This document shows, in pieces, positions 1 to 15,279 of a stretch of 64,000 nucleotides of DNA. How positions within the stretch are numbered: position 1 is the stretch's first letter; every line of letters begins with the position of its first letter. The translations under genes and the position numbers were made by a program. The notes beneath the pieces were generated by a model. It did not search any database, had not been told where the DNA came from, and was given only the letters and a program-made list of their open reading frames with translations. This DNA is from Bugula neritina (Eukaryota; Animalia; Bryozoa), in the NCBI GenBank assembly GCA_964035545.1, contig OZ037766.1, forward strand, positions 9,910,722 through 9,974,721, read 5' to 3'.

Positions 1-24
1 ATAAATATATTAAAAATATTTCAG

Positions 25-2064
25 GGGTTAGCTTTTCGAAGAGAAAGTCATGAGTTATTTAGTGCATCTAAGGATAAATCTGTGAAAGTTTGGTCGTTGG
101 ATGAAATGGCGTACGTAGAAACAGTGTTTGGCCATCAAGATTCGGTGCTAGCTATAGATGCTATGATGAAAGAGCGAGCAGTCTCAGTTGGTGGTAGGGA
201 TAACACAGTGAGGGTGTGGAAGATTGTTGAAGAATCACAATTCGTATACAACAGCACAGGGTGAGTGGTTCAAACAAATGTCCAAAACATTTAGCTATGC
301 AGGGTGAAATGTAGAGCTGTTGAGAAATATTTAGATTGTCATTCTAGAAATTTTTACGGGGCTAAGGATACAAGAATAAGCTAACATGTCAAGTCTGCTC
401 ACTCACCCATACGAGTTCGTTTTCGCAAAATTAGCAAACCAATTTCTCATACTTTGAAAATAACAATAGCACATTGAAAGCTCCTTAGTACCAACATCTG
501 GTTTGCTATTAGTACTTGACTAAAGTAATCTGCTCACTGTTGCTGATGTTTAGCATTTTCAGTATCAGTTTTGTTGCTAATACCAGTATTAGGGGTTCTA
601 TTTTATTGTTATGTGTAGGATTTTAGTGTTTATAGGATAAGTCTACAGATATGGATTGTAGAAATAACTACATGAAAACTGCTTCATATTAATTTTCAAT
701 TATGTAAGCTAGGTATAGATGTACCCATAAATTATACCATTGAAAAACCAGTGTACGAGGAAACAGACTAGAATATAACTTAGGCCTAGCACTGGCTAAC
801 ATTCTCCACAACTGCAAAAGATCTATTCTGTTGGCTATACTGCTTTTCAATTTCCACTTAAGAGAAATCAAGTTAATTCAAATAGAAGCAAGTTAGATTA
901 TCAAGTTTATATAACCATTACAAACATGCTGTTTACGGTCATCATTGCTTGCTTTTATGTTTGTTTACTAAACTGAAAAAACATTGACTTTATATCGTTT
1001 TTTATAATATAGTGAATAGTTTTCAAATGTGTGTTTGTAGAGGATCTCTAGATTGTGTATGCCTAATAGATGAGGAAAAATTTGTAACTGGCTCTGACTC
1101 AAAGTAAGTTTTCATTTTATGTAGCTTGCCCATTGCTAATAGTCAACAAATGAAATGGTAACGAAAGCAATATATTATTTTTGTGTTCACGCAGTGCATG
1201 GTTTAGTTCAATGTTTCTTACAGCGAACTTTGTGTGTGGAAAGTTTTGAAAAAGAAGCCAGTTTCTACCATCTCTAATGCACATGAAGGAAGCGGAGAAT
1301 GCTGGATAAATTGTGTTAGAGCTTTGAGAAACACAGATCTGTTAGCTTCTGGTCAGTGTTTTGCTATAGCTGCATAATGCATTTACAAATGTGTCAAGTA
1401 ACCAACACAGATCATTTGGTTGTCCATTATTTTTAACAAATTTATTTTACCCAACATTGTTTTTTAGGATCCAATTCTGGAAATATCAAACTTTGGAAAG
1501 TTTCTCATTCAGGAGCTCTTAGTTCTATCCATTCAATAACCGTGGTGAGAAACAGTTAATCACTCTCATTTACAATCAAACCTTTGTTTGAATTATTCAT
1601 AATTGACTATTCTCAAGGTTGCTCCACACTTGGGTGGTTACGGGATAAAAATGGCCGTTTCACATGTTGAAGCTGACCATCAAAAAATTGAACCAACAGG
1701 CATATTTAGACAGTTGCCAGACTGGAAACTTGTGTTAACATTGTTGTCAAAAAAATATATCCAACTCCTAAACAAATTAGCCAAAGTGCTGGCTTAGAAA
1801 AATGTTCATAGCCGAAAAATTGTCCAAGTCTAAGGGTGGACCAACTTTTAATGCAAATATCATGATCCTTAGCTTTTATATTGCATCTTTTAGCCTGGAT
1901 TTGTGAACGACCTACAGTTTGCAAGTGGTGGGAAGTTTCTTGTTGCTGCATTAGGCCAAGAGCATAAACTCGGCAGATGGTGGACTATGAAAGAAGCTAA
2001 GAATGCATTAGCTATAATCAAACTTCCCAAGACAGATAGTAAATCAAGCATTAAATTATCATGA
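25..2064 (+). CDS. RRP9: U3 snoRNA-interacting WD40 protein (U3-55K/Rrp9), 3' exons only; 5' part is outside the window
   Basis: Exons 25-260, 1041-1103, 1224-1351, 1468-1544, 1894-2064 with GT-AG introns in consistent phase. WD40 repeats (SASKDKSVKVW, GHQDSV..GGRDNTVRVW) and the C-terminal RRP9 signature GQEHKLGRWW. Confidence 0.92.
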
Positions 2065-2745
2065 GTAAATTTTTTATCAACTGCTCAAGTCTTTCTTTGT
2101 ACAGAGTTCTAGAATATCAGATGGAGATATAGGGTCAGCAGTATAGTGATCAGCTGTTAACATTCGCCCAATAGAATCAGCTTAATTATTGATTATTATG
2201 GTGAGATGTCCATTAATTTAAATGCCAATATGTTTTTTGTAAATAAAAGCAATTACAGGTATTTTATTTTAAAATTGTTATGATTTAATGAAAATTTAAT
2301 GTGTAATTAGGTGAATGCTTTATCTCACTAAAAACAACACAGCAAAAACAACTACTTTGAAATACTAGGCAAGACTTGCTTGTTTTGTTTTCAAGTGGAA
2401 AAGCTACTGAGATTCCAAATACTACTCTAAAGGAAAAATCAACATCTAATTAAAAATACATTAATTTTTGCCTCTAAAAAATATCAATACAATAATTATA
2501 TTAGAGTAAAATTTGTATGTTGAGCGACTACAGTGTGCATGTAAAATTAATTATGTGAAAGTAAAACGCATGCATTCACACAGAAAACCTTACAAAATAT
2601 CTTTTGATAAAAAGAATTTCAAAAACATAGTAGACCTAATAATTTAAAGTATAATTATTCTATATATTCTCTTGCACCAAAATAATTTTCAAAAATAACC
2701 AATAAAATAGAGAAAGTTAAAGAGTTATGGCCTTTGGGAATGCAT

Positions 2746-5700
2746 TTAACTGGAGCAGTAAATACGCCATGCCACTGCTGCAACTAGGGCTGCTCCTTTA
2801 CCACTCCCATCATGAGACAGCATCAGTTTAAACTGAAAGATAAACCACCAAGCATTAAAATTTGCTCAGCCCTAGAGAATCTATCAACTACAAAAAATTT
2901 GATGACAAATATCACTGTTTTAATAACTTATTCAGATTTGAATTCATCAGTTAGTTGAAGGATTTTCTATAAATTATACAATATAACATCTTTCATACCT
3001 TTTTGTGAGGTGACAGTTGTGAAAGTTTCTCAGTGATCAGATTGTGAAATTTGGGGTGGTATCTATACAGGGAACCATCTACACCAATGGTAACTTCCGG
3101 CTTGTCAACTCTATCAAGCAGTACTGATATTCCTGAAAAAGAACAAATAGATTTTATATAGAAAACTCAAAATTAGCACAGTGATTCAAAAGGCCATGTT
3201 TTCTAGAGTCTAGACAATTCGATAACATAAGTTCATCATGACCAGAATTTTATTCTTAACATTAAATTTGAACATTACCTGCAGCTGCAAGATATGCAGC
3301 TCTTGTAGAAACAACACTACACACTTCTTGCATAACAAGACAATCGGCAACCCGGTATCTCTCCACATCTAATTCATCCAACACTTGTCTTGTCTTCACA
3401 AAGTTGTCAAACTCCTCATCACTGCGTATCCACAAATAAAAAGTTTACCAACAATGAATAAGTTGACAAAATATACGTATTGTGGGAATTAAACTGTCCC
3501 ATAATAATGGTTGCATAAAGCATATATCAATACTGTTGGCAAATAACTACACTTACAACACATCTACTAAATACAAGTTTACCTTTCTATTTCAGATATG
3601 TATTTGGTTAGAAATGCCATTGGTGTTCGTAGCTTTTCTGATGCAACTCCATCAAAAAGACAGCCAGCGTCTACAAGCTTAATAACTACTTGTCTTGCTA
3701 TCTCACCCATGTACATTCCAGAGATCATTTTCTCATATCTACCAAAATTTGCAAGAACAGATGTCCTCAGTTTACCAATTCATCAATACAATATGCATAT
3801 TCTATCTATTCTAAAAATACACTATGAACTTATTGAATAAGTTCTTAAACAGATGATATATTTATCTAAAATAATTGCAGGGCTTTTAATACAAATATTT
3901 TTGGAGACCATTCTAAAAAATTACATTTACTAGAATTGTACAAACATCTGAAAAAAAGGAAAAGATTTACTTAGTTTCAAAACTTGGAAAGTGTAAAACA
4001 CTTCATTGACAATGTTTTAAAAATTCCATCTTTACAGTAAATAAACACAAGAAAATAAATGAAGCGTTATTTATATACTCTAAAGTTGGCAATTAATCTA
4101 GCTAAACCAATTCTACCAAAACTTTTAATTACTTGCTTGAATCAATATGGGTTAAATATAAAAGTTGCCATTGTGAATTTAATTTTAAAATTGTTAGAAA
4201 TTGAAAATTAAGGATTATATTAGGAGAATTAAGTTTATTCCAGAGATGATATAGCAATCAAATAAAAAACCAAGTAAATAATCTTAGGCTTATTTTATAA
4301 GGCAGATAAACCAACACAAAGCTATACTACACCAATTAGTTTTGAAACAATGCAAATTGACAACTTTGATCACCTACATCTGTTTTCCAGGGTTGATAGA
4401 AATTTTATCAACATTCGTATCATACTCAGTAGTGATAAAATTTAATGCCTTGCTATTACCGAATGCTCCCCATTCTGTATTAATGATCACCTAAAATCAT
4501 AATCAAATTGATAAAGTAATTAATATGCTAGTCTCATATGATGTGCAGTCATTCACAACACTCACCTCAGAAATTTAAGCAACATCAATGTGGTATAAAA
4601 TATGTTTAATAACTTTATTATTTATCACAATAGAGCTAAATCTACATAAATGAAGTCCCAAGACCGTTTTTCTCAATTGTTTAAGATTGAAGATTTTATC
4701 TATAATAAGCATAACCTGCATTAACTATATATGAATAAGAAAGTCCACCCTTTTTTAAAACTCAGGTCTTGAGACATTCATTCAATTAAAAAGCGATATT
4801 TATTATTTAAAAAGGTGTAAAAAATTAATAAAAATTTCCTTATAGTAATAATGTAGAGAAATATAATAGTTGAGAAAACGATAGTTAATATTTTTAATGC
4901 AACAGAAATAGGAAAAGTGGTACTATGAGATAGAATTATGTGGTTATTGATAGAAAAACCTTTGAAAAGTTTGTCATTAGAGCCACTTCTGCAGTAATTG
5001 CCTGGCAAATATTCTAATGAGTCAAGGTGGTAGAGAAAGGCTATCATGACAGCATTAAAAAGAAACTTGGAATGATAACAATCATATTGCATTTATAATG
5101 TGAGGCAGACATGTTAGACATTCGCATGCCAAATGGTAAAAAGTACCCGTTCCAAACCACCACCACCACCAAGCTATACATAAATAATACTTACACCATT
5201 TTTGTATAAGTATTTCTACAGAAGGGCAAGTATTTGATTTAAACTTGGTTACGTTAGGGTTGAAATGATAAACCCAAACAGCAAAGTCATTAATTAGACA
5301 GCTAAGAAAAAGTGAAACAGTAGCTCTGTCTACTTCAAATTAGAAATTTCAAAGCTAAAAGGAATAAATTAAGAATCTTAGAAACAAAATGCTCCAGTTG
5401 TGAGAAAGTAACTCCTGAATACACAATAGTGTTTGAAATTGCCAGAAGCACATGTTGCAGCAGTTTGTTTCAGCCATGCTATCAAAATCTATTCAGTATT
5501 GCATCAAGAATTCATAGGAAATTCTCTGTAACTCTGTATTAAACTATACATAGGCACATGAAAACCCCTAGACTGAATTTAGCAACGCTTTCAAATTTGT
5601 TTTACTGGACTAATGCTTAGAGTAATATTGATTATTGACTGCTTTATGGCTGAACCTAAATAATTTAAGGGTATTTCACATTGACAGTTGAATATTTTAA

Positions 5701-8700
5701 AGAGCAAACAACACAAATAATCATGATGTTTGCTAAACTAAGGAGTGAAATTCTAAACTTGGAATATACCGCGAAACCAATAAAAGGCACTAACCTCCTG
5801 AGGACTTTCATCATCGCCATCCCACTGCCGCACTCGTTCCATTTTTTCCATGTAACATGCATTTGTTCCAGTACCTGTACAATACAAACTATGTAGCTTA
5901 CTTTGTATGAGATATTATTATCTCAAATATAAAAGAAAATACTAAATAAATACAACTACTAGCTCGAATTTTAGCTGGGCCTGAGGATTTCAAAGTAATT
6001 GCTACTGATTTATGCATATATAATAGCATTTAGTAGAACTATTTAGTAGTAGCCCGATATTGAACTGGGCCTCCATATTTATGGTATTCTATAGCCCCTT
6101 TCCAAATGCTTTGTATCACGTTACACAATTATAAGTCTAAGCAAGCATGCATGGCACAAGTCAAATTTCAGAGTTTAGTATTTCATAGTTGCCTAGCAGT
6201 TTATTATACTGCAAAGATTAGAAACAGCTGAATTGAAAGCATTACATTGGCCAGAATTTACAAAAATAGGTCCTTAAGTGAAACTTTACAAATTTCTACA
6301 TTTTTAGCCTACAAAAAATGGTCATAAAGGCCAAGATTCTAGACAAACACAAGCTTTGTAGCTCTAATAGATGCAGTGTTACCACAGAGCAGCTACAGTT
6401 TTTACTCAAATATATACATGAAGGGATACTTTAACTTCAATTTCCAACATTTACACACAGCAACTAAATTAAACAATCAATTGGAAACAAAACACACTCA
6501 TTAACAGTAAACTCAATTTAAATAGCCAGCAAACCGAATGATTTTTCTATTGTAATTTTCATGTTCAAAGCAGTCAATTAAAAAATATGTAGCCATAATA
6601 CAAAACTCACTAGCCTCAAAAGAAAATTTTATCAACTATTTAATTTTTACACGCTAATAAAGGCATAAGCATAACAAATGCCGATTTACAAGTAGATGAA
6701 TCGATAAACATATTTTTAACAAATACAACATAAACTCTTCAGAAAAGCCTATTATGTAACCATTCATAGAGATTAGCAGGAATTCAGTGAATGTAAAAGC
6801 AAATTAAGAACTACAAAAGATAGAACACAGCAAAATCATCAACTGCCACATTGTAACTTCACGGCGTTGGTTTTAGATGATTCTGTTATATTGCCCGGTA
6901 AAGAATGATATTTTGTGTCAACGACTGGTCCGTGCCACTAAAGTGGCAACTACAAGGTCACTATACTGTGAGATGTATAGCTGGTCCAGTTTGATGAGGC
7001 ATCGGCAGCACAGTTCAGTTAAAGCAGGTCTCACTTTTACCAAGTTTGAAAAGTATTTAGTTTGGAAGACAACCTCAAAACCCAGACTACTTTTGCCAAA
7101 ACACACACTATTGCAAACCAAGTGACTTCACAGAACAGAATCTCATATGCAAAAGAACTTCAGGGCAATATATGATCAACAATATGAATTCATGCTTTCT
7201 AGTGTCAGTAAATAAGAAGAAATTTCAAAGCCTTTGACATTTTATCTTGTAAATTGACAAATTAAATTAGGTGAGCAGTAAAATAGAATAATAAGATAGA
7301 AGTCACATCTAGCTATCATCCTATGACTATGAGGATTTTCTCACACTTCTATAATACAGACAGCTGAACTACATTATGTTGTACGTAGGATGGAGACAGA
7401 GCTGTAACCTTACTCAATCACACCAGGAAGATATAAATGAATCGCCAACCACTGCATCTAGTTAAGTTTTGCGACAGAGGAAACATTTTTATAGACCTGA
7501 TGATTTATTAATTATAATATATAAGTTTATTTATTTCTCTTCACAAACTGACTGCCATTTTAATCACACTAAGATGATGCAACCAGTTGCAAAATATTAT
7601 ATATATCTAATAGTATTGTATTAATAACGCAGGTGCTTGTCAAAGCTTGAGTAGTGCAGCCAAACAAATCAGCATTCACACATTTTTGCATACTATTCAT
7701 ACTGCAAGAATGAACTAGCCTGGCCTAACTAAACTAAAGAGATTATCACCACTTGCCAGGAGAGATAACTTACATTGTAGTAAACTACTTTACCTAAGAT
7801 GAGGCCAATCTGACAGCGATTATCTTCATGGGCGCAGGACATGAGGGCTCCCACTGTGTCATTTATCACCGCAATGCATCTCACTTTAATTTGCTACAAG
7901 ACAAAAGAGAAAGTTGCACTCAGTGTATCACAGGGTTACCATACTGGTAGTCATTTGAACCTGTAGTACATAACACCCCCTTCTCACGTGTACAGTAGGA
8001 TATAAAGTTTACACTCAAATGACACTAAACAGTACCTAGAATATCACACTGTCTAAGAATAGATACAGACTACAAATAGTAGCAAGCATGACATAGCCCG
8101 TACCTTTTTGGCCACCGATTCATGAAGTAGCCTAACAATGTCCTCATTTACCACACCTGCACAGTTGAAGCCTTTTGTCCACGTGACAAGTCTAGCCTTT
8201 GCTAGGCCCTCTTGTTTGCAGGGAAAAGAAAATGTAAACCCTAGAGGTAATTCTACAGTTCGGTCTAACTTTTTGTCCTCTATGAAGCTGTCAATACAGT
8301 TAGCTATGTGATCAAACAGCTGTAAACATAAGAATGAATAAATTTTAGAACCAACAATCATCCAAAGTTGCTGAATTACTATAACTGCACATCCATGATC
8401 AGAAGATGCCTCAATTTGCTTAGCAGTTATGCCTTCGCAGTGGTTCTAATGAATGGAAAATGAGTTGATATTCCAGTATAAAGCCTAAGTAATAAATTCT
8501 GCTGGGTACAGATAATATGGAAATAATCCATTACAAAGAAATTACTTTTCTGCAAATACTGGGTAACCAAATAAAGGGGAATCACCTGAGCTCCCGTGCC
8601 AGTCATTATAGCCTCAGGTATCATATAAATAGTGCTTTGCATAGTTACTTCCCCTCCATCTAGTTTAATCAACAGAACTCTGAAGTTTGTTCCTCCAAGA

Positions 8701-9746
8701 TCTAATGCTAAAAAGTTCCCAACTTCTACAACCACACAAATTTCATCATTAGAAAGACCAACACATCATGTTGGGTTTGGCATTGATCATCAATATATTA
8801 TGTTAGAGATTGCACAGGGTTATAATATTACACAACTAATACCTAATTTCACAAGCAGAACAGTAAGCCATAAGTTGACTAAAAGACAAACTGATATATG
8901 GGCTTGGCAATAGCCACTGCATCTAATAGGTTTATATAATATAATAGTAGAAGTTTTACAATACAACTAGCTGCTTGGATATTTCTTTAGTCAAATTACA
9001 TTATTTCTATTGTATTGCATAATTTATTCTGGGTCAAAATAGTCATTCACACCCATGGCTACAGCAAATGCCCGGCATGAAATTTACAACTTTACGAGGG
9101 CATATCAAAGAGCTCTTACACATTCTATTCTATTCAACAACCAAGAAAATTGAATAGATTATCACATTGCTTTTGTATATGTTGAGTGTACCTATTACTA
9201 TTCAGTGTATGAACTCAAGCCCTGCTAATGGGAGCATATTTCACAATGAGACGTGAGACTTTTTTGCACACAATCAAAATGAACTACATTATTTCCCTGC
9301 GGAACTAAGCTTGCTCAACTACAACTGCGCTTCCCACCTGTGCCATTAGGAACAGCTCTAACGTATGTGATGTACATTTTTGCATCGGCAAGTGTATGCT
9401 GATCTGTGCTGAGACCATTTGTCATATCATCATCCATTTTTTGCTTGATGGCACCATATGTTTCACTACTTAGTTGTAAGGGCTTTAAGATCTCCTCTAT
9501 CTACAATTAATTTAACAATTAATGAATACAAGCAAACCTGCTACAACTCTTTTATTTTATACAATGTCTGATAAAACTGTGAGGCAGCTTTCAGTTTGAT
9601 GACAGATAGTTTTTGCTATATGAAGTTTACAGATATACTGCATGTATGCATGTAGGTCAATTTAGAGTAAAATCAATAGCAGTACACAAAATAGTATGTA
9701 GTTACAAATAATACATTATTATAACATATAGCCTCTATTATGTATG

Positions 9747-9803
<57 letters not shown>

Positions 9804-10085
9804 GTATGCTGATTGTCAATCTAGTTGGAGTTCCAGCAAAGTAAAGTGCTCGATATCACGGGTGACAGAGCTAATATAATATATATATATTAATATATAT
9901 ATATATTAATATTAATATATATATATTTATATATATATAAATGTATATATTGCATATAATAGAAACTATATCTTATTTTACAAAATAGGAAGCAATAAGC
10001 AAAATCTACCTGTTCATTTTGTATCAGACCTCTGAAATCTTATTTTGAGCTACAAACTCACCTGTTTGGGGTTTTTAGGAAGCAT
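2746..10085 (-). CDS. Hexokinase, single-domain ~50 kDa type, ~451 aa, 11 coding exons
   Basis: Exons 10085-10062, 9500-9338, 8725-8586, 8319-8104, 7893-7794, 5874-5795, 4490-4378, 3738-3583, 3421-3279, 3132-2999, 2832-2746 join in frame. Motifs [74 protein letters not shown]. Confidence 0.95.
9748..9801. repeat. (TA)n microsatellite
   Basis: Uninterrupted TA run in a hexokinase intron. Confidence 0.95.
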
Positions 10086-13000
10086 TGTGGTGCTTGCTAA
10101 ATGTGATTTGGATTGGCAAGTAAGCTCACTGTCCTGACGAAACTAGCTCTTTTCTATGTTGAGTTTATTGAGATATTTCTTGGGTTGCAAACTATAAAAA
10201 TAAAAAGTCAAATGAATTATTAATGTTTTTCACAGCAAAAAAAGTATCAACAAGAATCATGTGTTTTACAAAATAAAGATTTGTTATAGAACATTATATA
10301 CTAATACTAGTACATATACCACTAATGTTCATACGACTTAGATTATGCCAACCAAAAAAGTAATCAGTTAATACAGACATGCATTTTACACACACATATG
10401 AATGTTTCATTAAGAATGTTAGCCATGTCTCCTGGTATTGCTATTGATTATTGACTCACACATAATCTAATTGTCAAACCAAAAGCTTATCATAATTCTG
10501 ATGCATGATGACAAGACAAAATTTGTTTTTAGATCATGAACTATAAAATGATTATGTAAGATACAACATTAATGTATTTTGCAAGGTTTGAAAGTGTGTG
10601 TAAGAGGATGCATTCAACTAGTTACAAGCTGGTTGATTAAACCGATAGATGGACTAAACTAATTCTACAATAATATCAGCCTATGTATATAATATATTAT
10701 TGCTTCTCTCTGAGTATCCCAGTTGCCTATCGCTATAGCTAAATCCCCATAGTCAATATGACTTAGTAAAGATAACACAGTCTGTATACATAACAATGCT
10801 ATCTTTTGGAATATTCGCACAAACCCCTTTAACACCTGAATAACATGGAACTATTGTATTACGTAAGTTTAGAATTAGTGTCAAATTCTATTATAATAAC
10901 CAATAACAAGTGAATCTAATGTTACACATCTAGTAAGTTGAATCCATGACACACTTCATTTACTCAGCATTGAAATTCTCATATCTTTCATCTACATACT
11001 GTTTGAGGGTTGTATGCTCAAACAACTTTGCTTTATAATAAATTTTGTGCACATGCTCATGCCATTTTCATTTGGCTATGGAGTGCATGGTATTATAAAA
11101 CTATTATTGCTGACTTTCATTAAATGCTACTCTTGGCTGCTGCAACACACAGCTCAATCATTGAGCTGGCTTAAAAGTTTAAACTTTAAACACTAAAACT
11201 ATTAGCATTACACTACATCTAGGTAAAAAGCTATAATATAATAGGATAACAGTAACGTACTCCTATTATACTAAAAACCATAACAGAAGATACAGATAAA
11301 ATGCAACAATAAACATCAATAACTGATATTTAATCAATAACCCATAATCCTGACCAGTACAAGTAAATGCACCCATGCTTCAAATAATGCACAGTTTGCC
11401 TATACTCATTATAAATATGAAACTATGACAGTACTCATAGAATTAACTATACCAGATCTTAGTGCATACGAATTACTAATCCATGATATTAATCAGAATT
11501 AAATTACAATTAACTATTAATAATAACTGCACAATAATTGTTCTAGGGCAACTTTATAGCCTACAAGCAAGTATTAGCAGTGACAGGCTACCAAGTATAT
11601 AGTAGCCTACTCACCAAACCTACACTATACCTAATAGGTTATGACTTTCAGTCTTATTTCAAAAGAGTACCTGGATACCTAGTCATAATGTCATGCTTTC
11701 AGTGTCCATCACAAATGTGGAAGTTTTACAATTTACAGCTAAACATTAACATTAATTGGTCTAATTATTGAACTAGTAACAACTGCGACAGAACAAGACT
11801 AGGCCTTAGCTATACTGTTAATATTAACTTTCCTGAATAATTTCGATGTGATATACCCACACACACACAAATCCCAATTATTCAACACTAACAACAATAA
11901 CAATAATACAAAAAAATTAATAGTTAATTGAATTCAAAAGACTTGAAATTAAATGCAAAACCATGATTATAATGAAAATTAGTTTAAATGATTAACTTAA
12001 CACTATTGCAAGGTCATACATTACAAAGTATATTTATACAAATGCTTACACCAACCTTAACTTTTCAAGTCAAACTTATTGGTAATAAAAAGTACAATAG
12101 TCATTCATGGTAGTGTTCTATCACTACTAGTAGTTGTTGTAGCACAGCATAAAATAACCAGAAATAGCCAAATACATTTTATAATTCATTGTGACACTAC
12201 AAGTACAAGTATTAAATAATAAGTGTAACTAGAAATTAAACAATTGTCATTGTCATTGTGTTTATTGCCAATCAGTGAGTTTTTAATATACTAATTTTAA
12301 TACCAATAGCCCATGACTACATCTAATTTTATACCAATACTAAGTACTAACACAAAAACGCTATCAGTTCTGCTAGTACTAATACAGTAATACTATTAGT
12401 ATTAGCATTACTAAAAATATTGAATTTAATATTGGCAGTACTAGTACTACTACTATGAGTGCAAGTATGAAATAATTTTATTAATTACTATTAGTTAGCA
12501 TTACTAATACGAACTAATAGTACCTAAGATTATTAATTAACTAATTAATATTAATAATCCAATGCTAATATTACTAATACTATTACTATTAGCATTGGAT
12601 TATTAACGTTTAATATTTACAGTTACACTTACACCTATAGTTAGCCTATACTGCTAATTGCCTAATAGTTTTATTACCAGTACGAAAATTACTATTACTA
12701 TTAGTATTAGTTTGAAACTTTAAAACACCAGTTATAAAGTGAGCATCATCATTATGACTATTAGCCTGAAAACCAGTCTTACTCAGAACATAAATACTGA
12801 CTAAGAGACAAGAGTAAGTCAAAGTGTAACTCAAACTTTGACACTAAGCCTAACACAACTGACAACTGAAAGTGTTGGCTGTTGTTGTTGGACACAGTGT
12901 TAATGTTACTGTTAGTGTAAATCAAACCCAAAATGCTACACTTGCTGTTAGTGACTTAGTCACTAACACTAAGTCATAAGACTAATGACTGTAACTGTAA

Positions 13001-15279
13001 GTGTAACTGTTGCCGGTTATGGTTAGACTTTAGACTAATTAGAGTCACTTAGAGTTAGACGTTATTACTAGTGCTAGTGCTAGTAGTAGTAGTAGTAGTA
13101 GTAGTAGTATTACTGATACTATAAGTATAACTATTACATTTAATTTATTGTATAAGTTCTATTTACAATTATATTCCCGATAGCAATTAGACTTACTTTT
13201 ACTTTTAGTGGTAATGCAAAACTTTCACTACTATAATATTATAGCACTAAACTTACAATCGCAATAGTCAATATTGTTGGAAACTGGTAGAAATCGCACA
13301 AAGTTGGGATTCATTGAGTGCATTATTTCTCAACGAATCCAACACCATACTTGAGGTCTCGAAGCCACCGTACTTGTTGACCACTAAATTCGTGCTGCAT
13401 CAAGCTATTTCTAATATTGTCGATGACCAAGACTGAGAGCTATAACCATTACTTTCAATGATACTAAATAGTTATCTCTCCTGTAGTGCAGAGAGAGCGC
13501 AACTGGAAATTATAGTAGAGCCGTTTTGTATATAGTAAGTAGGTAGTACATTATGCCTACTTTAAATTATAACCATACAAATGTATATAGTATATAATTA
13601 TATATCCTTTATATATTATGCATATACAGTGCACTCTGTATATACCATATCTATACACTATATGTATATTATATAGTATACTACACTATTATATTATTTA
13701 TACTTTACTATATACTGTATTATATTATAGAATTGTAGGTTTGCATGTGCTTGGTTGGGGTTTATGTATTTGGCTAGGTTAATGTCATAGCGAAATAATG
13801 CTCTGTAATTAATCAGAATTTAGACATAATTAAAAGTAGCCATGCAATGGTTTTTTACCAAAACATCTAAAAAGCACGTATGAACATAATTATAGCCTCC
13901 TCAAAAAATTTAACCCAGTAATTTCTAAATGTTGTTACTAGAATATGCCAATGCAAGAGCTGATAAGTTTTATTATGCATTACATCACTTACATGTAGTG
14001 TTTTGAGTATAGTTACCCTACCAGCAAATGTTAATATATTCAGAAGTCTTCTACTAGTAAGTTATGAGGCAATTCGGATTCAAACCCAAATCAAAAAGTA
14101 TTAACTCTTGTTAAATAGAAATATACAGTGCTCAGCCAAAAGTCATACCAAAAAGTTCCAAATATAAAAACTGAAATATTCACCAGATCAAAAGACAATA
14201 TAAGGCCAATAAAACTCTTGTCTATTTTATGTGTAATGTTATAACTAGAGTGATGGCGAAAATATCATCACAGATTTCTATCCCTGCAGTATTTCACAAT
14301 AAAAATACACTTTCAACTTATTTGATTTTCCAAAATTTACCAAGAATTATTGTACAAAATATAGTAGAGTACTAATGTGTATGGTGCTACTTAAACATTA
14401 ATTTTCTGGATTAAGTAAAACAATTTCAACTATATAGAAACAGTTAAACTTGAGAAGAAAACTTTACGTGATATCTTTTGATAATGAAGTTTTAAGATAT
14501 ACTATGGTGAGAAAACAACTCTCAAGAAACATAAAGTAGTAAAGACAAATGAAAAGGGTAGGTATTGGTAATGCATTGCCAATAACTATAGTTAGAAACA
14601 TGTTTTATATCTGTATATTGGTTGGAACCAACAACTGCTGCATTTAGTAAAGAAAGCTGCTTAGCAAAATATGCAATATTCTTTTACTCTTCGGTGGTTT
14701 TAATACTAATTTTGAAACTTATATGGAAATTAAATTATAGTGTTGGTACTTTCAGCAATGTTATTGTTGAACAGATGACGCTATTTAGCTCCACTCTAAC
14801 ACTTACTAGCATGGAACCTCAGCTTTCAAAGTGCTTCGTGTAAAATGAAATCTGCCAAGTTATCTAAGTATTATAGCCACCATGCCAAGTTTAATTGAGC
14901 CCCTAAGAAAACGCTACCAAACAAAATATATGATACCCTAACTACATTTTAATGAAACAATTATGAAAGCTAAAAGCTGGCAAAACTTGAAACTGACTTT
15001 TAGCTAATGTTTTAATTATATATTGTTGATTATTATAATATTATCATAGACTCAGATAGTTGAAAACATAAGTAGCAATACAATACTAAAACAAAAAATA
15101 ACTTAATTTAAATCTTGACATGATAAATACTTTCAACCAGCTTTTTTAAAAGCGATTGACAAATCTATAGACACAATACAATTGAGATTGCAAAGCTGCA
15201 AGCGAGACTGAATAATTGAGAGAATACTGCATTACCACAGGTTATCTGCACCTAAAGTTTGAATAGCAAGATGATAATG

